DNA from: an uncultured Pseudomonadota bacterium
GTDB lineage: Bacteria > Oederibacteriota > Muellerivitia > Muellerivitales > Muellerivitaceae
Direction of reading: 5' to 3'
DNA: 64,000 nt
Assembly: GCA_963770835.1 (NCBI GenBank)
Contig: CAVYRH010000007.1
Coordinates: 25,076-89,075, forward strand
Below the pieces are notes generated by a model, which worked only from the letters and a program-made list of their open reading frames with translations, had not been told where the DNA came from and made no database searches. Both the position numbers and the translations under genes were made by a program. Positions 57,492 through 64,000 of this stretch are shown here, in pieces (the stretch's first letter is position 1; every line of letters starts with the position of its first letter).

Positions 57492-57772
57492 TACCTCGTT
57501 TTAGGGATAAGGCACTTTAAACGGGTGGGTCAGGGGCCAATATGATTCAAGTCAGGTACTATTCCACTATGTTTAAAGGCATTTGGAGAATCGTCCGGAG
57601 TGGGCAACCGGCCCCATCGGCCGGGAGGGAACTTCTGCCTCGAGGGCGGGGTTAGGCGGCCAGGTGAAGGGAATTCCAGCCCCGGCGGATTTCGTTCTCA
57701 CTAAAACTTAAAAGATCAACAATTTCTATTCCGTGCCTGTCCACGACGGGTCCCCCATCGTGGACAACAGGA

Positions 57773-58141
57773 TTACTGAAAAAGCCCTTTGATTTTCAAA
57801 TAAATCCAATAAGTTGACATCCCATGCAAAATAACGAAAACCGTTATGAACAGTGCAAAGAGTTTGAACTTTTTCTCTTTGATAAGGAGAAATAAAAATT
57901 GAATTAAAAAACTGTAATATAAAAAAACTAGGCCCCAATTTAGTAACACACAAGCACTGCTATCAAAACCAGTAAGAACGTTTATCAGATGAAGAAGATA
58001 AACAAAAGGTCCGGCAAAAAAGCATCCAAGTAGATTCAAAAATTCAGAACTTATTCCTGAATTCGTCAAGAAATAAGAAGTAGCGACTATCAACAAAGCG
58101 ATGGGAAAATTCAAAATTTCTTTAAAATTAAAAACTTTCAA
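57773..58141 (-). CDS. hypothetical AT-rich membrane protein
   Basis: TTG 58141 after GGAGG; about four hydrophobic segments; strongly AT-rich. Confidence 0.6.
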   Translation of the reverse strand: MKVFNFKEILNFPIALLIVATSYFLTNSGISSEFLNLLGCFFAGPFVYLLHLINVLTGFDSSACVLLNWGLVFLYYSFLIQFLFLLIKEKKFKLFALFITVFVILHGMSTYWIYLKIKGLFQ

Positions 58142-58197
58142 AAACACCTCCCAATATCGTCCAACCCGGATTCCCAGCGCGGGCAATTCTTTTTCAG

Positions 58198-58767
58198 TTA
58201 AGCCTCCACCCGCTTAAGTGTGTTCTTGTCCCTATGCTCGAAGATGTTCTTCTGCCCCTTGATCTGAATGCGGGTCACTTGGTGGTAAATAAAGGTCTCC
58301 TCGTCGGGGAAAGACACCTGGATTTCGTATTCGACCGTTTGGAATTCCTTGTCGAGGAAAGGGTTGGAACAAATCCCGAAGGTCTTTGAGCCCAATTCCG
58401 CCTTGAGCTTGAACGATTTGGAATCATGCTCCGCGTGACCACCCGCCAGGAGCGCCATGGCCCGGGGAATGGCGAGGGATTGCATCACTTGCTTGGCCTT
58501 GGGGTCCCAATGCCAGTAGCCGATTTGGTCGTGGAAGGGGAATTCCTCGCCGTGGCGGAAGACCTGTTGGTGATACCGAACCCCATAAAGTGTCTGCTCG
58601 TGGTTCATGGCGGGCAGGATATGGGTGAAGACGATGACTTCGTGATACTTGTTGTTTTCGGTGCCCCGGTCGTCCGAGGGGGCTGTGTCGTCCCCGATAT
58701 CCCCCGTGAAAGTCCCCACCAAGTTCTGCAGAGGTCCTAATTCGTTCAAATCGAGTTGCTGCGCCAT
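58198..58767 (-). CDS. nitrobindin-family haem-binding beta-barrel (DUF1794 / THAP4-like)
   Basis: LGPL..LVG, Y.E...F, LYGVRYH, FHDQIGYW, C-terminal FEHRDKNTL. Confidence 0.85.
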   Translation of the reverse strand: MAQQLDLNELGPLQNLVGTFTGDIGDDTAPSDDRGTENNKYHEVIVFTHILPAMNHEQTLYGVRYHQQVFRHGEEFPFHDQIGYWHWDPKAKQVMQSLAIPRAMALLAGGHAEHDSKSFKLKAELGSKTFGICSNPFLDKEFQTVEYEIQVSFPDEETFIYHQVTRIQIKGQKNIFEHRDKNTLKRVEA

Positions 58768-58800
58768 GACGCCTCCTTAAAATAACGGCAACACAAGTTT

Positions 58801-58987
58801 AACCACCAAGCTCACCAAGGGCACCAAGAACAGCAAAAAAATATACCTAAACCTCCACGGTTTATTTTGATTTTATCTTTCTTGGTAAGCTTGTGCCGAT
58901 TACCCACAAGATAAAATTGTGGAAATCGATACTATACCGACCTCTATAACTGCTTTATGGAAGGTCGGCATAGTGACCTTGGTGGTT
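58801..58987. repeat. CACCAAG-unit inverted repeat with nested hairpins
   Basis: AACCACCAAG ctCACCAAG ggCACCAAG ... TTCTTGGT ... GTGACCTTGGTGGTT; two imperfect hairpins are inserted in the right arm. Confidence 0.75.
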
Positions 58988-59011
58988 CAAATCGCCTTTT
59001 TAGTAGTGTGC

Positions 59012-61078
59012 TTACTTTTGCTTGACCGCCGTAAATGGTTTCCGGTCCTGCGTCACGACGGTCTGGTAGAAGGCCAATAAGTCCTGGTATTCCTTGCCCA
59101 ACGAGATAGTCCTTTGCTTCACCCCAACGTACCTTTCGTAACTCAAGGTCCCAAATTCGAGTTTGGAAGTAGCGGAAAATTCCGCGACAGGATTGCTGAG
59201 GGCCACATCCTTGGGCAGATCGCCGGCCAGGTAGCCGGGGGGCAGTTTCACGATGGTTTCGGTCTCGGAATTGAAGTTTTGGGGCACGACCACGGGCGTT
59301 TGGCGGGAATCGTGCAGGACGGAGAAAAAGTCCTCCACATCCTCGAAGACCACGGGGAAGAAAGCCATGCCACCGTCCTTGCGGAACTTGGCGTAAGAGG
59401 GAATTTGGAAGGTGTAATGAACGTCCAGGGGTTTGGAAATGTCCCTGTAGTCGCCGAAACGGTAGTCGGTGAGGGCCACTTGGGGGAAAAGGCGGGCCAA
59501 GCCCCTGTAAACCAGGTCGCGCCGCTTCTCATCGGTGGTGGCCCGAAAAAACTGGCGCAAGGCCAACTCGGAGGAACCATAGGCCAGGATATCGACCGTG
59601 CAATTCAGGTTGCCCTGGGCGTCCAGTTCCATGACGACGTCGCGGTGTTTGCGGTGGTCCTTGGCTGCAAAGGAGGGCGTCAGCTTCCAATTCAAGGGTG
59701 TGAGGACGCAAAGGGCCTTGCGGTCCAGCGCGTTGATGGGGAGTACGCCCGGTGCCGCCAGGGGTTCGGTAGGATCGACCCAAATCAAGTCCTTGCCGGA
59801 AGCTACGGCCACCAGCACCCCGTTGAACTGGGAAAGGGCGGGCAGATCGGGAATGATCTCGCCGCTGGAGGCCTGGCGGTAGAGGTAAACCAAGGGCGTT
59901 AGTTTGGCGTACCGAAGGGACAGCGTCAAAAGCATGGCCATATCGTGGGCCGTACCCTTTCCGCTTTCAATGATTTCACTCACGGGCCGGTCGGGGTTCA
60001 GGTAAACAGGCAGGCCCGTGTCCACGAAATCGACTTTTTGCTCGATGGCGGATTTGATTTGGCCGATCCGGTCAGCCAGGGCTTCGGCCGTGTTGCTTCC
60101 GGCGTCCCCGATCAAGTCCCCCACCTTGGAAAGATCCCCGTCCAAGTACTGCCGGACCCGGATACGGTAGGGCATCACCGCTTCCTCCCAGGATCGGTTG
60201 AGGGTGAAGGCGGTGAGGGGGGCCAGGTCCTGGAGGGCGGGTTGGAAACTTTCGGAAGGCACGGGGTCTTCGGGCCCCATGGATAAGCGCACGGTTTTTT
60301 CGTGCCCCTTGGGGACCGTGGGTGCGTCCGTGGTGAAGTTTTGGGGCAGCCTCAGCCGGGCGCCGAAGAGCTCCAGGTTGGAGGGAATGTGAAGGGTTAG
60401 GTCCCTTTGAAGGGAAGGGGTGTAGTCGTTCCAACGGAACGCGAAGCTGGCCTCGGGGGCTATCGGGTGGGGTTTCTTCGGGTCCTTCATCATATCCTTG
60501 TCCACCAAAAGCGCGGAAGTTTTGGTTTCAAGGGTGTACTTCACTTCTAGGGCTTCGCCCGCCTCCAGGTCGGGAATCCGGACCGAGGTCAGTTTGGAGA
60601 GGCTTAAGGGCAGGTTTTCCTGGGGTGGGATCCATTGGGCCTGGGGTTGTTTTTCGGCGGGCGTGAAGTTCCCTTTATCGTCCAGCACATAAAGCTTCAG
60701 GGTCTGGATGGAGAGATTTTGGGAATCCTGGTTTAGGCTGGCCAGAAGGGGCAGGGGATGGTCGGGTTTGACCCGGGCCGCCCATATCTGATGCACCGTC
60801 ACCCGGAAGCTTTTGTCCGAACGCCATTCCACCTGGGCGTCATCCTGGAGGGTCAGGGTCTTGGGCGCATCAGGGGCGGTGAAACGGGCGGCGGCTTGGG
60901 AAAGGAGGGCTTGGGTTTGGGCCTCCTCGGGGGGAAGGGGCGTGGGAGTAGGCGCCGTCGCACAGCCGGTTAAAGACAATATTAACCACCAAGGCACCAA
61001 GACACCAAGGAAAGCGAAAACCAAAGAAACAATATTTTTAGACGTTCTTGGTGTCTTGGTGTCTTGGGAGTGAAACAT
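59012..61078 (-). CDS. DUF3857 / transglutaminase-like lipoprotein, catalytic residues degenerate
   Basis: ATG 61078, 2 nt after the rpe stop; lipobox LTGC; PDLEAG..LEVKY, GKGTAHDMAMLL, QFNGVLVAV, WVDPT, KLPPGY. Confidence 0.8.
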   Translation of the reverse strand: MFHSQDTKTPRTSKNIVSLVFAFLGVLVPWWLILSLTGCATAPTPTPLPPEEAQTQALLSQAAARFTAPDAPKTLTLQDDAQVEWRSDKSFRVTVHQIWAARVKPDHPLPLLASLNQDSQNLSIQTLKLYVLDDKGNFTPAEKQPQAQWIPPQENLPLSLSKLTSVRIPDLEAGEALEVKYTLETKTSALLVDKDMMKDPKKPHPIAPEASFAFRWNDYTPSLQRDLTLHIPSNLELFGARLRLPQNFTTDAPTVPKGHEKTVRLSMGPEDPVPSESFQPALQDLAPLTAFTLNRSWEEAVMPYRIRVRQYLDGDLSKVGDLIGDAGSNTAEALADRIGQIKSAIEQKVDFVDTGLPVYLNPDRPVSEIIESGKGTAHDMAMLLTLSLRYAKLTPLVYLYRQASSGEIIPDLPALSQFNGVLVAVASGKDLIWVDPTEPLAAPGVLPINALDRKALCVLTPLNWKLTPSFAAKDHRKHRDVVMELDAQGNLNCTVDILAYGSSELALRQFFRATTDEKRRDLVYRGLARLFPQVALTDYRFGDYRDISKPLDVHYTFQIPSYAKFRKDGGMAFFPVVFEDVEDFFSVLHDSRQTPVVVPQNFNSETETIVKLPPGYLAGDLPKDVALSNPVAEFSATSKLEFGTLSYERYVGVKQRTISLGKEYQDLLAFYQTVVTQDRKPFTAVKQK
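60984..61072. repeat. octamer-unit (CACCAAGA) inverted repeat inside the lipoprotein signal sequence
   Basis: AACCACCAAG GCACCAAG ACACCAAG ... CTTGGTGT CTTGGTGT CTTGGGAG; same family as 58801-58987. Confidence 0.85.
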
Positions 61079-61080
61079 GT

Positions 61081-61746
61081 TTAATTTTTGTTTCCGGCGT
61101 TTTTGAGGGCCTGGACGGCTTCTTTCATGTTGGGTGCCTTGAAGACGGCTGTTGCGGCCACTAGCAAGGTGGCCCCCGCCTCCACCACCAAGGGTGCGGT
61201 CTTGGGGTTGATGCCCCCATCCACTGCGATCTCCGGTTTGAAGCCTTGCTCTTTGCACCATTTGGAGAAACGAGCGATTTTAGGCACCACGTCGGGAATA
61301 AAGGATTGGCCGGCAAAGCCGGGCCAAACCGACATGAAAAGCACGTAGTCCAGGTCCTTGACGAAGGGTTTTAAAACTTCCTCGGAAGTGGTGGGATTGA
61401 CGACCATACCTGCCCGGCAGCCGTCCTGCTTGATAAGGTGGATGGTGGAAGCCGGGTTTTCGATCGCCTCCGCGTGGAAGAGGATATAGGTGGAGCCAGC
61501 CTTGATGAAATCCGGGATGTATTTATCCGCGTTTTCAATCATTAGGTGGGTATCCATGGGGACGTTGACCTTGCCCTTGAGGCTGGCGATGACAGGGGCG
61601 CCGAAGGTGATGTTGGGCACGAAATGGCCGTCCATGACGTCCATGTGCAGCATGTCACAACCGGCCTCGACGGCCTGTTTGGCGTTCTTGAGGAGGTCGC
61701 CGAAATCCGCGGAGAGAATGGAAGCCGAAACTTTGATGGGGGGCAT
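61081..61746 (-). CDS. rpe: ribulose-phosphate 3-epimerase
   Basis: SILSADF, HMDVMDGHFVPNITFG, DTHLM, MSV.PGF.GQ.F, VDGGI. Confidence 0.97.
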   Translation of the reverse strand: MPPIKVSASILSADFGDLLKNAKQAVEAGCDMLHMDVMDGHFVPNITFGAPVIASLKGKVNVPMDTHLMIENADKYIPDFIKAGSTYILFHAEAIENPASTIHLIKQDGCRAGMVVNPTTSEEVLKPFVKDLDYVLFMSVWPGFAGQSFIPDVVPKIARFSKWCKEQGFKPEIAVDGGINPKTAPLVVEAGATLLVAATAVFKAPNMKEAVQALKNAGNKN

Positions 61747-62019
61747 AAAAACACCTCGAACTTGGATTGGGGCCCGTATCTTAGCAAAAAGGGTTCCAAC
61801 ATCCTATGCAGTTTCCCAATGGCAACAGGGCCAAGGCCCCTAAATGAAAATTGTCTCTCACCTATTTTTTGGAAAATAGATGATTTGTGGGACTATACCG
61901 ATCACCTTAATTCTTAAAAGAAGATCGGCGTGTATAACCCGCATTTTCTTGTTCGGGCTGGCTTGATTTCAATGACGGAGAATGAGGGTCGGAGAGCCTT
62001 CGACGGCAAAAAAGGCCGA

Positions 62020-63000
62020 TTACTCGATGGGTATTTCCTTCACGAACTCCTGGTTCAGGTACACCTGGGCGGAGGCCTTGCCACTGACCAAAACGTCCAA
62101 CTCCACGTGGTCCTTGGGGGTTTCCATCTTGTTGTAAATCGTTCGGGTGCCCGAACTGTCGAAGATGTCGATCTGGAGGCGCCGGGGGTTGCCCTCGGGC
62201 ATGTCAAAGACGATTTTGGCGGAACGGGTTTTCAGGCTGGGCTCGGAACTTTTGGCGCTGACCACGAAGGAGACGTCGTCTTTCTCCTGGATACGGGTGC
62301 CGGCGGGCGGGGTTTGGGAAAGGATGGTTTCCGAATCCAGGTCGTCGTGCACCTCGCTCTTGATGTTCTGGATGGTGATGCCCGCGGGCCGCAGGGCCTT
62401 GAAGGCTTTTTCCAAGGGCTGGTTTTTCAAGTCCGGCATGATGTAACTCGGCTGGGGCGGCGCGGCGGCCACCAACAGGTTGACCTCGGTGAAAGAATCG
62501 GCCAGTTCGTCGGCGGGGGGCATTTGAGCCAGCACGGTGTCCTGCGGGTCCCCGGAAATCATGAGGGATTCGCGGCCTACCCTCAAATGGGCCCCGGCCA
62601 GGGCGATCTGGGCCTGGGGGAAAGACATCTCGACGACCTGTGGCACCTTGACCTTGGGGTTGCCCTTGCTCAAAACCACTTCTACCGTTTGCCCCCGCTT
62701 GGCGTAGCTATTGGCCTTGGGGACTTGCTCGCTGACAAGGCCCAGTGGCACATGTTCGTCGTATTGGGAACGGGTGACCTTCAAGTGAAGACCCTTGGAG
62801 GAAATGGCCTTTTCGGCCTGGTTTTCGTCCATGCCGATGATCTTCGGCACGATCATCGGCTGGTGAAATTGGGTGTAGAGCATGGAAGCCAGGGCCGTCA
62901 CCACCGTAATGCAGGTGAAGGTGCCCAAAACAACCAGTGCCCGTTTCGTAAGGTTCTTTTCCCCGGGCGTCAGCTTGATTTTTTCAAAACGCAGGTTCAT
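62020..63000 (-). CDS. membrane-anchored PASTA-domain protein (three PASTA repeats)
   Basis: N-terminal TM; VPKIIG, VPQVVE and MPDLKN repeats, each with a Q.P motif. Confidence 0.88.
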   Translation of the reverse strand: MNLRFEKIKLTPGEKNLTKRALVVLGTFTCITVVTALASMLYTQFHQPMIVPKIIGMDENQAEKAISSKGLHLKVTRSQYDEHVPLGLVSEQVPKANSYAKRGQTVEVVLSKGNPKVKVPQVVEMSFPQAQIALAGAHLRVGRESLMISGDPQDTVLAQMPPADELADSFTEVNLLVAAAPPQPSYIMPDLKNQPLEKAFKALRPAGITIQNIKSEVHDDLDSETILSQTPPAGTRIQEKDDVSFVVSAKSSEPSLKTRSAKIVFDMPEGNPRRLQIDIFDSSGTRTIYNKMETPKDHVELDVLVSGKASAQVYLNQEFVKEIPIE

Positions 63001-63027
63001 CCAAGCCTTCTTTGAGGCGATTTGTGA

Positions 63028-64000
63028 CTATTTAAACGCGGGCGTATTTTCGAAGCCCAATTGGCCGCAAGCTGCGGCGATGTCCACGCCCTTCCTCTCC
63101 CGCAAGAAAACCCGCATTCCCTTCGCTTTCAAGAGTGCCCGGAAGGCCATCACCTTTTCCTCACTGGGCGCATCGAAAGGCAGGGTGGGTACTGGGTTAT
63201 AGCGGATCAAGTTGACCTTGCAAAGCAGATCCTTGCAGTAGTCCGCCAGTTTTTCGGCATCCTCGGGGCGGTCATTGACGTCTTTTAAAAGGATGTATTC
63301 CAAGGTGACCGGAAGGCGGCGCACGAAGGTGTATTTGCGCATCAGCTTTCGCAGCTTGTCCAGGGGGTTGGAACGGTTGATGGGCATCAGGCGGCTGCGG
63401 ATTTCGGGGTCGGCGCTGTGAAGGGAAACCGCCAGCGAAACCGGCCAATCGTCCTTGATAAAGCGCGCGATGTGTTCCAAGAGGCCGGAGGTGGAAACGG
63501 TGACGCGGCGCCGGCCTAAGTTTAACCCATCGGGGTCGTGCAGGATGCGCATGGCTTTCTCGGTGTTTTCATAGTTGTCCATGGGTTCCCCCATTCCCAT
63601 GACCACTACATTGTTAAAAGAAGTGCCGGAATCCTGCTCCATGCCTACGATCTGGGCCACGATTTCGGCGGTCGTGAGGTTCTTTTGGAACTTGGGGATT
63701 CCGGTGGCGCAAAAAGTGCATTTCATGCGGCAACCGGCCTGGGTGGAAAGGCAGGCCGTATGGCGGGAGGCTTCACCTTCCTCGTCGCGGGCCATGGGGA
63801 TGAGCACGCTTTCCACCAATGCCGTTTGGCCTTTTTCATCGGGAGGCAGCTGCCAGAGGTATTTGACGGTTCCATCCTTGGATGCCTGGCGGGTATGGAG
63901 GGTGAGGGGGGAAAGGGAGGCTTTTCCCTCCAGATCCTGGCGCAGTTCCTTAGAGAGATCCGTCATTTCACCGAAACCGCGGGCGCGTTTTTGGTAAAGC
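63028..64000 (-). CDS. rlmN: 23S rRNA m2A2503 / tRNA methyltransferase, radical SAM; 5' end outside the window
   Basis: CLSTQAGCRMKCTFCATG, MGMGEP, STSG, LAVSLH, DIAAACGQL; the frame stays open upstream (LYQKRARGFGEMTDL) to the window edge. Confidence 0.96.
   Translation of the reverse strand, partial: LYQKRARGFGEMTDLSKELRQDLEGKASLSPLTLHTRQASKDGTVKYLWQLPPDEKGQTALVESVLIPMARDEEGEASRHTACLSTQAGCRMKCTFCATGIPKFQKNLTTAEIVAQIVGMEQDSGTSFNNVVVMGMGEPMDNYENTEKAMRILHDPDGLNLGRRRVTVSTSGLLEHIARFIKDDWPVSLAVSLHSADPEIRSRLMPINRSNPLDKLRKLMRKYTFVRRLPVTLEYILLKDVNDRPEDAEKLADYCKDLLCKVNLIRYNPVPTLPFDAPSEEKVMAFRALLKAKGMRVFLRERKGVDIAAACGQLGFENTPAFK

Noticed and set aside
57606-57660. GCCTAAC/GTTAGGC as an integron attC core, or the LAA* ending as a tmRNA tag
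   Set aside because: There is no matching second attC half or integrase, and no tRNA-like ends of tmRNA.
61079-61261. Upstream extension of the 749-aa ORF given in the track
   Set aside because: It overlaps rpe; ATG 61078 directly after the rpe stop gives a proper signal peptide and lipobox.
61930-63015. 361-aa plus-strand ORF
   Set aside because: It is an antisense shadow of the PASTA-domain gene.

Overview
A 64-kb chromosomal segment from a moderately GC-rich diderm bacterium, judged from its TonB receptor, beta-barrel and lipoprotein genes. I recognised no rRNA, tRNA, CRISPR array, transposase or integrase. The left part (about 2.4-38.3 kb) is a dense signal-transduction district. It holds 7 histidine kinases (including a cytoplasmic poly-HAMP hybrid kinase with a 276-bp repeat), 6 stand-alone receivers, a REC-PAS-GGDEF cyclase, a TonB receptor-YfiR-sensor kinase cassette, an NtrC-like sigma54 activator, two tandem CheX-like proteins and two receiver-zinc-ribbon paralogs; a PilZ gene lies just upstream. 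The best candidate for an undescribed system is a local sigma54 regulon around the activator. Three clean -24/-12 promoters each have a similarly placed GGGTWAWTTTTACCC-like upstream box, and they drive the kinase/receiver pair, the CheX-like pair and one receiver-zinc-ribbon gene. The right part holds comM (with a synonymously recoded duplicate of its 3' end and an AT-rich internal patch), a cNMP-binding protein, a TPR protein, ffh, a putative copper-handling operon headed by a Cys/Pro-rich leader, cardiolipin synthase, a Ser/Thr kinase-WD40 plus FHA-nucleotidyl cyclase pair, a DEAD-box helicase, nitrobindin, a catalytically degenerate transglutaminase-like lipoprotein, rpe, a PASTA protein and rlmN. 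Short 7-9-nt inverted repeat elements occur between genes, and two appear to have been co-opted into coding functions. All family calls come from motif recognition by eye, not from database searches, and several start codons were adjusted by hand.
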